DNA from: Candidatus Hydrogenedentota bacterium | Lineage (GTDB): Bacteria > Hydrogenedentota > Hydrogenedentia > Hydrogenedentales > SLHB01 | DNA length: 64,000 nucleotides | Assembly (NCBI GenBank): GCA_963674865.2 | Contig: CAXXYE010000010.1 | Location: 41,076 to 105,075 of the forward strand | Direction: 5' to 3' | Part shown: piece after piece, positions 10,266 to 19,807 of the stretch | Layout of the letters: each line of letters begins with the position of its first letter | How positions within the stretch are numbered: the first letter of the stretch is position 1 | Made by a program: the position numbers and the translations under genes | The notes under the pieces: generated by a model | Told to the model about the DNA's origin: nothing | Database searches by the model: none | What the model saw: only the letters and a program-made list of their open reading frames with translations

Positions 10266-11033
10266 CTACACACCGGACTCCTGCGGCCTTGCCCGCGCGA
10301 CAAACGTGACGTTCCAGGTATCGATGCTCAGAGGTTCATCAGGCGCCATGAACGGGCAGGCACAGGCCAGTTCCAGTCCAGCAGTCTGCATGGCCAGTGC
10401 CATTTCCTGGACGAACATGTAGCGCATGCAATGCGCTTCCTTGGTTTGTTTCGCTATCTCGCCGTCGCGCGTCACGGTGACTTCGTAGTTGACTACGACG
10501 TTCTGGCCAACGGGGTCGAGTTCCGGAGTGACGGCCCGGACGATGACGTCATCACCGTCTTTGTACTCGTGGCGCCTTGTTTCCGGCTTCTGAGCCAGGA
10601 CGGCGGGGCCGAACCAGTTGTCAAAAATGAAGACGCCGCCTTCATTCAGGTGCTTGCGCGCCGTACGCAGCCCGGCGAGCAGGTCTTCGTTCTTCACCAG
10701 ATAGCCCACCACGGCGAACATCGAGACCACTAGGTCGTATTGCTTCCCGTTCTCAAACGTGGTCAGGTTGCCTGAGGCTAGGTCCACAGCCTGCCCATCA
10801 AGACGCTTCCTGGCTTGGGCCAGCATCTCCTCGGACAGGTCGAAACCGTCGCATTTAAGGCCCCGCTTGGCGAACTCGGCCAAATGTCGCCCGGTGCCGC
10901 AGCCCATGTCCAAGAGGCTTTTCGGCGAGCAGCCAAAGCGGTTCGCAAGATCAAGGACGAAGTCCGCTTCGGCGCCGTAGTCCTTGTCGGCGTAATACAC
11001 ATCGTAGAAATGGGCATATTCGGAAAAAACCAC
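10266..11033 (-). CDS. TylM1/DesVI-like sugar (N-)methyltransferase
   Basis: The N-terminus YDVYYADKDYGAEADFVLDL ... SLLDMGCGTGRHL and the overall length closely follow the remembered TylM1-type NDP-aminosugar N,N-dimethyltransferase pattern. Confidence 0.6.
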   Translation of the reverse strand: MVFSEYAHFYDVYYADKDYGAEADFVLDLANRFGCSPKSLLDMGCGTGRHLAEFAKRGLKCDGFDLSEEMLAQARKRLDGQAVDLASGNLTTFENGKQYDLVVSMFAVVGYLVKNEDLLAGLRTARKHLNEGGVFIFDNWFGPAVLAQKPETRRHEYKDGDDVIVRAVTPELDPVGQNVVVNYEVTVTRDGEIAKQTKEAHCMRYMFVQEMALAMQTAGLELACACPFMAPDEPLSIDTWNVTFVARARPQESGV

Positions 11034-11099
11034 GCCTTCAGGTTCCTTTCTTCTAGTTCTGTCGTGGGAACTTGGCTGGCCAGGGAGCGTATTGCGCGT

Positions 11100-12125
11100 T
11101 CATTGGCGCTCGAATTTCAGTGCATGCGCCTCGCGCTCGGCTAGCTCGAGATCATGTTCAACCATGAGCTTTACCAGTTCTTGGAAGTCGATTCTCGGTT
11201 GCCAGCTGAGTTTCTTCTTGATCTTGGATGAATCGCCGAGGAGATAGTTGACTTCGGCGGGGCGGCAGTAGTAAGGATCTGTCTCCACGAAGTCGTGCCA
11301 GTCGAGTTCCAGTCGTTCAAATGTCGCTGTTAGGAACTCTTTTACGCTGTAGGCATTGCCGGTCGCGACGACGTAGTCGTCCGGTTCGTCCTGCTGGAGC
11401 ATCATCCACATGGCTTCGACGTAGTCTTTTGCGTAGCCCCAATCGCGCTTGGCATCCAGGTTGCCGAGATAGAGCTTATCTTGAAGGCCCAGCTTAATGC
11501 GTGTCGCGGCCCGCGTTATTTTGCGCGTTACAAAATTCTCGCCCCGGCGTTCGCTCTCGTGGTTGAACAAGATACCGTTGCTGCAATGGAAGCCGTAGGA
11601 TTCCCGGTAGTTCACGGTGTGCCAGAAGCCCGCCACCTTGGCCACGGCATATGGGCTGCGGGGATGGAAAGGGGTCTCCTCGCTCTGCGGCGGGGGCGTT
11701 GAGCCGAACATTTCCGATGACGATGCTTGGTAGTAGCGGACTTGCTTGCCTGTCCGCTCGATGTGATCGCGCATCGCTTCGAGTAGTCTGAGGACTCCCA
11801 TTCCCGTCACATCGGCCGTGTACTCGGGCTGATCGAAAGAAATGCGAACATGGGATTGCGCCGCGAGATTGTAGACTTCGTCCGGATTAATCCGCGAGAG
11901 AAGATGCCGCAAGGAAGAACCGTCGGATAGATCACCATACTCGAGCAGCAAGTGGGTGTTCGAGCCATGGGGGTCATTGTAGACGTGTTCGAGGCGTTCC
12001 TTTCGGGTCGAACTTGACCGGCGCACGACGCCATAAACCTCGTATCCCTTCGCAAGAAGCAACTCCACCAGAAAGGAGCCGTCCTGGCCCGTCACTCCCG
12101 TTACCAGCGCCCTCTTAGCGGTCAT
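11100..12125 (-). CDS. gmd: GDP-mannose 4,6-dehydratase
   Basis: [33 protein letters not shown] and the rest are highly typical of Gmd. ATG 12125 overlaps the upstream stop as ATGA, and the track extension is spurious. Confidence 0.9.
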   Translation of the reverse strand: MTAKRALVTGVTGQDGSFLVELLLAKGYEVYGVVRRSSSTRKERLEHVYNDPHGSNTHLLLEYGDLSDGSSLRHLLSRINPDEVYNLAAQSHVRISFDQPEYTADVTGMGVLRLLEAMRDHIERTGKQVRYYQASSSEMFGSTPPPQSEETPFHPRSPYAVAKVAGFWHTVNYRESYGFHCSNGILFNHESERRGENFVTRKITRAATRIKLGLQDKLYLGNLDAKRDWGYAKDYVEAMWMMLQQDEPDDYVVATGNAYSVKEFLTATFERLELDWHDFVETDPYYCRPAEVNYLLGDSSKIKKKLSWQPRIDFQELVKLMVEHDLELAEREAHALKFERQ

Positions 12126-13237
12126 GTCATAACCTTTCTCACGGCAGCGATTACCGCGTCGATCTGTTCGTCCGTTATGGCCTGGCCGCTCGGCAGGTAG
12201 AGCCCTCGGCGGGCAATCTTCTCGGTGACGGGACAAGAGGTATCGGCGAAGAGCCCCATAGCGCGGTACACCGGTTGCTCATGCATGCCGAGGAAGAATG
12301 GACGCGTCTGGACACCCTCGTCCGCCAGACGTTTGGCGAGGGTCTTTGCATCGTAAGGAACCGAGTCCTCCAAGACGAAGGCATACATCCAAACGGAAGT
12401 CCGTGCCCATGGCGCCACGTGCGGTGTCTGAAGGGGCAGGCCGGCGAGGCCATCGTTGTATCGATCCATCATCGCAATCTTGCGAGCGACAAGGTCGCCG
12501 ATTCGCTCGAGCTGGGCGCAGCCCAAAGCGGCTTGCATATTCGTCATGCGGAAATTCCAGCCACGATCCTCGTGGCGGAACCTCTCCGCACGGCCGAAAC
12601 AAAGGTTTCGTCGTGCCCGGAGGCGCTCTGCGATGCCGTCATCGTTCGTGAGAACCATTCCCCCTTCGCCGCACGTGATGTTCTTGTTAGCGTAAAACGA
12701 GAATGCCGAGACCTCGCCGAACGAACCGCACCGCTGCCAGTTCCCCTGTACCAGACACTCGGCTCCGTGCACCTCTGCGGCGTCCTCCACTATCCGGAGA
12801 TCGTGTTTTGCGGCAAGGTCCAGAAGCGCCTCCATGTTGACGGGATGCCCGTAGATGTGTACGGGCATGACGGCCACGGTGTTCTCGTTAAGCTTCTTCC
12901 GAACATCATCCACGTCCATGCAGTAGGTTCGGGGGTCGCAATCCACCAGGACGGGCTTCAGGCTGTTTCGTAGAACCGCTTCGAGGCAACTTACGATGGT
13001 GAACGAAGGCAGAATGACCTCGCCGCCTTGCGGAAGGTTGAGTGCCGACACGGCCAGTTCGAGGGCGACGGTGCCGTTGCTCACGGCGACGCCGTGTTTC
13101 CGCTCGCAATAGGCCGCCCACTCGGACTCGAAACGGTCTATGTACTTGCCCGCCGCCGAGATCCAAGCCGTCTCCACGCAGTCTCGCACGTACTCCACCT
13201 CGCGTCCGGCAAGCAGTGGTTCGTTCACAGGAATCAT
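12122..13237 (-). CDS. DegT/DnrJ/EryC1 PLP aminotransferase, GDP-perosamine synthase-like
   Basis: [16 protein letters not shown] (PLP-lysine region) is present, the product is 371 aa, and the gene is translationally coupled to gmd. Confidence 0.8.
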   Translation of the reverse strand: MIPVNEPLLAGREVEYVRDCVETAWISAAGKYIDRFESEWAAYCERKHGVAVSNGTVALELAVSALNLPQGGEVILPSFTIVSCLEAVLRNSLKPVLVDCDPRTYCMDVDDVRKKLNENTVAVMPVHIYGHPVNMEALLDLAAKHDLRIVEDAAEVHGAECLVQGNWQRCGSFGEVSAFSFYANKNITCGEGGMVLTNDDGIAERLRARRNLCFGRAERFRHEDRGWNFRMTNMQAALGCAQLERIGDLVARKIAMMDRYNDGLAGLPLQTPHVAPWARTSVWMYAFVLEDSVPYDAKTLAKRLADEGVQTRPFFLGMHEQPVYRAMGLFADTSCPVTEKIARRGLYLPSGQAITDEQIDAVIAAVRKVMT

Positions 13238-13253
13238 GGACAGTCCTCCGGCT

Positions 13254-14000
13254 TCAGTCTCCCAGGTCGGCTACCCAACCGAGACGGACCGACTCACCGT
13301 ATGGGTGACTCTTCCCGTCTGCGTCCTTGTAGAACAGATTGAAAGTGACATTATACGGAATATCCTTCGCGCTTATCTCGCGGGACTTGGCAAGTACATG
13401 CTCACCCGCTGTCCATTTTGAGGTCGGCGGACAGCCCTTTAACCCGAGGGTCCAGTTCACCAGGCCCCGCTCTCGGAATTCTTCGTCAAGCAGTCTCCTG
13501 TGACTCAGATCGACGCGAGCGTAAGCGTACACACTGCAATTGTGCTCAATAGGCCCCTTAACCTCAAAGAGCCACTGGAATTGGTACTTCTCGGTGCCGA
13601 TGTACTTCCACCGATACGCCACGAGATCCAGTGCATTGGATATCTTGTGCGTTCTTACCCCCGACCGCAAGGCTGCGCGTTTTCTGCCTATAACGGCCGT
13701 AATCTCTGGGGAAAGGTCAGCGGGATTCCCCAGTTCGGCAACCGTCTCCTGTAGTCCGATCAGGTCGCGACAACTCTCAATAGCGTCCGCGAGGACCGTG
13801 TCGGTGGCCGACAAGCTTCGGCCTGAAGACTGTTCTGCCCCAACGCCCTGTGAGGCCGCTACGGCCGTCGACTCTTCCTTGGCTGCTTTGCCGCCGTCCT
13901 TGATCGAGCTATCGCAGCCCGTAACCAGGAAACCAATGCCGACTATCAGACACAGCGCAGCCGCATACTTAAGTCTACTCCTATGTCTTGTCTCATCCAT
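13254..14000 (-). CDS. hypothetical lipoprotein
   Basis: The signal peptide ends in the lipobox LVTGC. I recognise no family. Confidence 0.5.
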   Translation of the reverse strand: MDETRHRSRLKYAAALCLIVGIGFLVTGCDSSIKDGGKAAKEESTAVAASQGVGAEQSSGRSLSATDTVLADAIESCRDLIGLQETVAELGNPADLSPEITAVIGRKRAALRSGVRTHKISNALDLVAYRWKYIGTEKYQFQWLFEVKGPIEHNCSVYAYARVDLSHRRLLDEEFRERGLVNWTLGLKGCPPTSKWTAGEHVLAKSREISAKDIPYNVTFNLFYKDADGKSHPYGESVRLGWVADLGD

Positions 14001-14308
14001 GATGACGGTTAAGAACGTGACTCACCAGTTCCTAGCGCAACGTGCTTCAGCCCTTGTTTGAGAGGCGCTTCGTGAATTTGGCCATTCCCCGCCGCCTCGC
14101 CGGCACTTGCCTCTATCCTGAGTCGGCCGGGCAACGATGTAGCCGAGCAGGTCTGCCAGAAGCACTACCGATAGAAGACTGCCGCAGCCCGCACGAGAAC
14201 ATTTTTCCAGAGAGACACCTTCCCCTCAGCAAATACTTCTTCCTGACGACATGACAACGGTAGCGTTGAACACAAGTCAATGCATCGTGCCGTCAGACAC
14301 ACGGATCT

Positions 14309-15667
14309 CTATGAGTTTTCCTCACGTGTTTCAGATGACGGGCCGGACGGCTGATCCGTGTGCCCACTCGGCCTGCCGCCAGGAAACACCGCCGCGTCAC
14401 TTATTTCTTTCAGGAACAGAAGGCCGGCTGTGACTATCATTCCCACGACGCCTGCCAAATAGACTGTTTTCACATGGCCCGGACCGCTCGGCGCATTGGG
14501 GACTTCCGCCGTGCCCAGCACCGTGATGTTGCTCGCCAGCGTCCGTTCGGCCACGCGGCCCTTCTCGTACGAGGTCCGTACTACTGCGTAGCTTGCCTTC
14601 AGGCTTTCGGACTCCCGCGTGAGCCTATCTCGTTCGACAGTCTGTTCGGCGAATGTGGTCGTGAGTGAGGAGATTTCTCCCATGAGTTCCTGCAACTTGA
14701 TAAGGACGGCCTCTCTCGCTGCCTCATGCCCGCCGAGTTCTTCTTTTGCCTCCGCGAGCATTCCCCTGATCTCGACATAGCTCTCGTTAGGTTCCTCAGA
14801 CCGAAGTCCTTGGTCTGGCTGGACTTGTGGTTTGCCGCCGCTCTCTGCGGCCGTGATCCAGTAGGCGTCGTCGGACGGCGCCCGAAAATAGATGTACTTC
14901 TGGGGTTCCTCGGCCAATTCTCCCTCAAGGACCTCCACCTGCATCCTGCTCGACGCCAGATCGACTTCTGTCTGCTTGAGCAATCTCTCAAACTCGGTGT
15001 ACTGCTTTTGCTTCGCCTGCAACTGTGCCTTGATGAGATCCAGGTTCCAGGCCTTGCGATGCTCCGCCAGTGCGCGGTCAGCCTGCTCGAGTTCGCTCCG
15101 TGTATCCGTATGGAGGGCTTCCAAGAGAGAGAAGGTCTCGCCTACGCCTTGGACGGCGACCTCGTCCACCTGCGCTTTGAACTGCTCCGCCCAAGTCTGC
15201 GCCATCCTCGCGGCCAGTTCCGGCGTGCCGGCCTTCGCATGAAACGTCAAGGGCTGGCTGTAGGGCGTGCTCTGCGAAGCACGACTACTAGGCTGTTCAA
15301 GTCTGAGGCGCCACCGAAGTCCCTGCACTGAGGTGTTCTCCAGAGGAATCTCCTCAATGACTCGAGAAAGGAGCGCAGGTGAAAAAGCTATCGTTTCATA
15401 CATTTCCACCGGCAACTGCCTTGGCGTCATCGCCGCGACGCTCTCAAATTCCGTGGATGGATCACGCGTCACGATCGTTGTGGTGCCGTCCTGGAAACCC
15501 GGGGGGAATACCAGCAGCGTTGCGGTAGATTCGTAGACTCTGGCCTTCATCAGAGCAAGAGGGATTGCGATGAGGGCAAGAACCACGCCTCCAAGGATGA
15601 TCTTAAGCCAGTTGGCCCGAAGCCACGCCACGAGCACCGGCAATGAAAGCATGTCCACGTTCGGCAT
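14309..15667 (-). CDS. polysaccharide chain-length determinant (Wzz/GumC, PCP family) without a kinase domain
   Basis: The N-terminal TM region (WLKIILGGVVLALIAIPLAL), a long coiled-coil periplasmic region and a C-terminal TM segment fit the family. The start was moved to ATG 15667. Confidence 0.65.
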   Translation of the reverse strand: MPNVDMLSLPVLVAWLRANWLKIILGGVVLALIAIPLALMKARVYESTATLLVFPPGFQDGTTTIVTRDPSTEFESVAAMTPRQLPVEMYETIAFSPALLSRVIEEIPLENTSVQGLRWRLRLEQPSSRASQSTPYSQPLTFHAKAGTPELAARMAQTWAEQFKAQVDEVAVQGVGETFSLLEALHTDTRSELEQADRALAEHRKAWNLDLIKAQLQAKQKQYTEFERLLKQTEVDLASSRMQVEVLEGELAEEPQKYIYFRAPSDDAYWITAAESGGKPQVQPDQGLRSEEPNESYVEIRGMLAEAKEELGGHEAAREAVLIKLQELMGEISSLTTTFAEQTVERDRLTRESESLKASYAVVRTSYEKGRVAERTLASNITVLGTAEVPNAPSGPGHVKTVYLAGVVGMIVTAGLLFLKEISDAAVFPGGRPSGHTDQPSGPSSETREENS

Positions 15668-15790
15668 TGACACCCTAAACCCACTCCCTGCGTTGGTTGT
15701 ACGCACTGTACCTGCACATAGAGTAGAGCTTCCAACTCTAGCACATGGCGCGCGGGTCTGGCAACGGCAAAACACGGCAAAACACAGTGG

Positions 15791-17003
15791 CTGGATTCAA
15801 TGAGCAAGTGCAACGGCGTGTAGCTTGAAGACTTCGTTAGGAGTTCGGTATCCCAGTTTTTTGCGTGGCCTGTTGTTAAGTTGACGGACGTAGCTTTGGA
15901 GCTGGCTTTCGGCAATTTCCCTGAAGTTGGTGTTCTTGGGGAGATACTGGCGTAGGAGGCCGTTGGTGTTTTCGTTGGTGCCGCGCTCGTAGGCGGCATA
16001 GGGATTGGCGAAGTAGGTGTCGAGGCCCAAGACCTCGGCGATGTGTCTGTGGTGAGCGAATTCGCTGCCGTTATCGAAGGTGATGGTCTTTGTCCAGTGG
16101 GCGGGCAGGTGCCTGAGTTGGTCGATGGCAGCCTGGGCGACGCCGTCGGCATGACGGGAGCCGAGCAGTGCGGCCCGTAGCAGCAAGGACTTACGTTCCA
16201 CCAGGGTAAGCACGGCGCCCTGTTGGTTGGCCCCGACGAGTAGATCTCCTTCCCAATCCCCGTAGCGCTTTCGGGTGGCGACCTCGGGCGGCCGGGCCTC
16301 GATGCCGACGCGATTGGGAATGAAGGGCCTCGTGGGGCGGCGCTCCCCGCGTTTGCGGCGGCGCGGCCGCCGGCGTCGAAGACAACCGATCAAGGGATTG
16401 CCTAGCTTTTCATCGGTGTACAACGAGCGGTAGATGGTCTCGGGACTGACGCGCATGCGCGGTTGGCCGGGGAAATCCAGCCAGAGGCGGCCCGCAATCT
16501 GCTCCGGTGACCATCCTTCCGTCATCTTGTCGAAGAGATAGCGCCGTAACGCCGGCTCACTGAGCGAGGTGGTTCTTCGGCAAGTCTTGCGGACCTGCTC
16601 GTATCGTTTCTGGGCGCGCGCCGCGGAATATGCCTTGGACGGGGCCCGATTCCGAGCCAGTTCCCGGCACACCGTCGAGGCGCTACGGCCCAACTGGACG
16701 GCAATGGCCCGTTGACTCAGCCCTTGGCTAAGCCATGCTTGTATCTGTCCGCGTTCCATTGGTGTAAGATGGCGATAGGGCATCGAGACTCCTTTCGGTT
16801 CTTGGTTCGTGCAAAAAACCAGTGTACCGAACGGATTCCTCGATGCCTTCCTTGTTCTGTCTGCCTTGTGCTCAGAACTCACCTACAGGAAAGGGGGGCC
16901 CTTCCCGCTGTCGCCGTCCGCCGCCGCTCAGGGGTGAGCGACGAACGGCTCCGACGGGAAAGGGCACTCACCCAACCATGTTGCACTTACAATAAGAACT
17001 CAG
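15791..17003 (-). mobile_element. IS30-family insertion sequence (about 1213 bp)
   Basis: Imperfect 24-bp terminal inverted repeats lie at 15791..15814 (CTGGATTCAATGAGCAAGTGCAAC) and at the reverse complement of 16980..17003 (CTGAGTTCTTATTGTAAGTGCAAC); 16 of 24 positions are identical. GG flanks both ends, matching the 2-bp duplication of IS30. The element encloses an intact transposase gene. Confidence 0.7.
15797..16783 (-). CDS. IS30-family transposase
   Basis: MPYRHLTPMERGQIQAWLSQGLSQRAIA ... STVCRELARN (HTH) is followed by the DDE core (GDWEGDLL ... TFDNGSEF ... YERGTNENTNGLLRQY). The start is at ATG 16783. Confidence 0.9.
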   Translation of the reverse strand: MPYRHLTPMERGQIQAWLSQGLSQRAIAVQLGRSASTVCRELARNRAPSKAYSAARAQKRYEQVRKTCRRTTSLSEPALRRYLFDKMTEGWSPEQIAGRLWLDFPGQPRMRVSPETIYRSLYTDEKLGNPLIGCLRRRRPRRRKRGERRPTRPFIPNRVGIEARPPEVATRKRYGDWEGDLLVGANQQGAVLTLVERKSLLLRAALLGSRHADGVAQAAIDQLRHLPAHWTKTITFDNGSEFAHHRHIAEVLGLDTYFANPYAAYERGTNENTNGLLRQYLPKNTNFREIAESQLQSYVRQLNNRPRKKLGYRTPNEVFKLHAVALAH

Positions 17004-17015
17004 GGTGCCGCTCTC

Positions 17016-17044
17016 TTGACCCATTGAGGACTGTGTGTTACGAT
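17016..17044 (+). promoter_or_regulatory. sigma70-like promoter, TTGACC-17-TACGAT
   Basis: It lies 49 nt upstream of the lipoprotein ATG, just outside the IS30 right end. Confidence 0.45.
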
Positions 17045-17092
17045 GTCTTTTAGTCTCATACCCTTAGCGGGGGTCCGCAACGAGGAGAAAGT

Positions 17093-17893
17093 ATGAATAG
17101 GGTCTGGTTTGCGCTTGTTGCGAGTGCCGTGCTTCTAACCGCGTGCGAGAAGCAACCAGGGGATATCGACATACCCGGGGCGCAGGGCGGGGGAGGGAAG
17201 GCCCAGGAAGTCGAGCCGCCTACTGCGGAAGAACTCCTCACCGAAATGCGAAAGCCGCTTCAGGCGGCTGTGCAACTGATGCAGCAGAATCAGATCATCC
17301 CTGCGAACAAGCAGCAGGAGCTGGTCGGCCAGTTCCGGTCCGCCTGTGGGCGCTACAGCACTACGCCGAATCACCCCGAGGCCATAGAGAGGATCACCCA
17401 GGAGCTGACCTCTGCTGTGGAGCGGGGCGCCAAGCAGGAGCAATGGCACGGCGTCTTGCTATTGATCAATATGTACGAGACACGAAAGCCCGACAGTGTC
17501 AAGTTCCGGCGAGTCAAGCAGCAGGCCATCGACTATATCAATCGTCCGAAGGTTAAGATCACTGGTTTCTACGATGATATCGCCATGGGAAAGACCTTGG
17601 TCTTTCTGGATGTCTTCATCCCTGCCCTCGGTGCCTCCGTGAAGGTGGATCCTGTTGTCGAAGGGGATGAGTTTCTCCAACCGCCCTACACCATGCGCCT
17701 CGTCCAGATTATCGGAACGCAAGACGGCATAACCGTCGAGTACAAGAAGACTGGGGAAGTCTGGGATGTGATGGATGTCATCGGCGACACCAAGAAGCGA
17801 AGCATCCTGCCCGCCCAGGCCGGTAAGGGCAAGAGAGGCGGCAGGAACCGGCGTCAGGTGCAAGAGGAAGAAGAGGAAGAAGAGGACTTCTAA
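17093..17893 (+). CDS. hypothetical lipoprotein with an acidic poly-Glu tail
   Basis: The lipobox is LLTAC, GGAG lies 7 nt upstream, and the C-terminus reads QEEEEEEEDF. Confidence 0.6.
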   Translation: MNRVWFALVASAVLLTACEKQPGDIDIPGAQGGGGKAQEVEPPTAEELLTEMRKPLQAAVQLMQQNQIIPANKQQELVGQFRSACGRYSTTPNHPEAIERITQELTSAVERGAKQEQWHGVLLLINMYETRKPDSVKFRRVKQQAIDYINRPKVKITGFYDDIAMGKTLVFLDVFIPALGASVKVDPVVEGDEFLQPPYTMRLVQIIGTQDGITVEYKKTGEVWDVMDVIGDTKKRSILPAQAGKGKRGGRNRRQVQEEEEEEEDF

Positions 17894-17969
17894 GTATCGG
17901 CGTTGCTCAGAACAGCGTCGAAAAGCGCTTCTGCACGTTGTCTTGGCGTGCCTCGAATCCTAGGATCAC

Positions 17970-19661
17970 ATGCCACCAAGAGTTGTAGCGCCCTTTTCCG
18001 AGCGTGGGTTTAGCTTTCTTGCCGCAGGCCTAATCATTCTGACGGGCGTGCTCGCCTATTCGAACACCTTCGCGAATGGATTCGTGTGGGATGACGCCTC
18101 TTCAGTACTTCTCCACGAGCACGTGCGGCAGCCCAGCAAGTTCTTCCAGCTATTCCGTGAAGATCAGCACGCCTTTGGCCGTGGCCAAGGCAACTTCTAC
18201 CGCCCCCTGCTCTCGGCCAGCTTCATGCTCGACTATGCTCTTTCACGTCCCGACGATCCGTCCTCGGAGCCTAGCCCATTTCTTTTCCACTGCTCGAGTC
18301 TTGCTTGGCATATCCTGGCTACGCTCTTTTTGTTTGCCCTTTTGACCAGACTCGGCGCTCCTCGCTTCGTCCGCCTCATCGCGCCGCTACTCTACGTTGT
18401 CCATCCCCTACATACGGAGGCTGTCACCTACATCAGTGGCCGCGCCGATTCAATGGCTGCAGCCTTCATGTTCGCCGGGCTCTGGACGTCGATGTGGGAC
18501 GAATCTCGCCGTCGGCTCATCGTAGGCCATATTCTCACCCCCCTGTGTTTCATAGCCGCGCTTCTCAGCAAGGAATCCGCCGCCATTTTCCCGGCCCTGT
18601 TGCTCTTGTTTGCCCTTATCCGGCCCCGCACCCCCGCCGAATCTCAGACACACAGGCCCCTTCTGTGGCGTGCGCTCTTGGTAGGGACCTGCGTGGCACT
18701 CCTCGCCGTCTATGTCACGCTCCGCATGACCGTCTTGCACTTCGCTCCCGCCGCCAATGGGGCGGGCCACCCATTGACGCACCGCCTGACTGAGGCAAGT
18801 CAGGCCTTGGCGGCCTATTCCCGGCTCTTTTTTGTGCCCACAGGCCTGCATATGGAGCGCACCCTGGCCGGCATGCCTGCATGGGGCGCTGCCTTTGGGG
18901 CGATCCTCATTGCCATCCTGGTCGTGGTCGCCGTTTTCGCCTTTCTCCGAGGAAAACGCCGGCTCGTGCTGGCGCTTGGCTTGTTCGGCGTGGCCTGGCT
19001 CCCGGTGTCCGGAATTATCCCTCTCAACGCGCCCATGGCCGAACACTGGATGTACGTTCCTCTAGCCGGCATCCTATGGGCGCTGGCGGAGCTTCTTGAG
19101 CCCTTGAACCGCCGCCCGCGGACGGCCCCCATCGTCGCCGTGGGCGTCCTGGCCTTGGCCGTTGCCTACGTTGCCCTTACCGTGGATAGGAATCAGGACT
19201 GGCGCGACAACGCGAGTATCTACCGAGCCACGCTCGATGAGAACCCCTGGTCGGCCCGCGTCAATTTTAACCTGGCCGTCACGTACGACAGCATGGTCGG
19301 CAACAGTCCGGGCGCGCGACGCCACTACGAGTGGTTTCTGCGTCTCTACGAGATGCACTGGGCGCCGAATCAGACGGGCCCTGCCACCGAAGAGGAACTT
19401 GAAGCTCACCTTGCCCTCGGCCGCATCTACCTTGCCCATCACCGCTACGACGAGGCGGCTGAACACTTCGGCACGATCCTTGGCGTACCGACTAACGGAC
19501 AGTTCCCGCCTATTGTCCATGAGGCCGCCCTGGGGCTGGGCAAGTGTCTTCTGGCGCAGGGCCAGATTGATGGCGCCCGGGAGGTGTTCGCGGAAGTCCC
19601 TCCCGAGCGTACGGACCTGGCCGTAGAGATCGACGGCCTCTTGCGAAGAGCCGGCGGATAG
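17970..19661 (+). CDS. PMT/TMTC-like GT-C fold membrane protein with C-terminal TPR repeats
   Basis: The N-terminal FVWDDASSVLLHEHV ... NFYRPLL motif (DUF1736-like) is followed by about 9 TM segments and TPR-like repeats (LGRIYLAHHRYDEAAEHF). Confidence 0.6.
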   Translation: MPPRVVAPFSERGFSFLAAGLIILTGVLAYSNTFANGFVWDDASSVLLHEHVRQPSKFFQLFREDQHAFGRGQGNFYRPLLSASFMLDYALSRPDDPSSEPSPFLFHCSSLAWHILATLFLFALLTRLGAPRFVRLIAPLLYVVHPLHTEAVTYISGRADSMAAAFMFAGLWTSMWDESRRRLIVGHILTPLCFIAALLSKESAAIFPALLLLFALIRPRTPAESQTHRPLLWRALLVGTCVALLAVYVTLRMTVLHFAPAANGAGHPLTHRLTEASQALAAYSRLFFVPTGLHMERTLAGMPAWGAAFGAILIAILVVVAVFAFLRGKRRLVLALGLFGVAWLPVSGIIPLNAPMAEHWMYVPLAGILWALAELLEPLNRRPRTAPIVAVGVLALAVAYVALTVDRNQDWRDNASIYRATLDENPWSARVNFNLAVTYDSMVGNSPGARRHYEWFLRLYEMHWAPNQTGPATEEELEAHLALGRIYLAHHRYDEAAEHFGTILGVPTNGQFPPIVHEAALGLGKCLLAQGQIDGAREVFAEVPPERTDLAVEIDGLLRRAGG

Positions 19662-19705
19662 AAGAGCCACTCCCGCCCGTCGTATCCGGGCCACCGACGC
19701 GCCAC

Positions 19706-19733
19706 TTGCAACGTGCCATATTCCTGCTATACT
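19706..19733 (+). promoter_or_regulatory. sigma70-like promoter, TTGCAA-16-TATACT
   Basis: It lies 75 nt upstream of the nuclease gene ATG. Confidence 0.45.
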
Positions 19734-19807
19734 TAATGTGGACATTTGATGCAGGAGAGTTCTAGCGGCAAGGGTGCTTCTGACACGACCAAAGGGGGTC
19801 AGAACCA

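Noticed and set aside
14000-14309. A 300-bp gap between the Wzz-like gene and the lipoprotein gene, with a hydrophobic-looking minus-strand reading (..AAAVFYR / VVLLADLLGYIVA..).
   Set aside because: It is interrupted by a stop and a frame change within about 40 codons and has no start or RBS. At most it is a relic, so it was not called.
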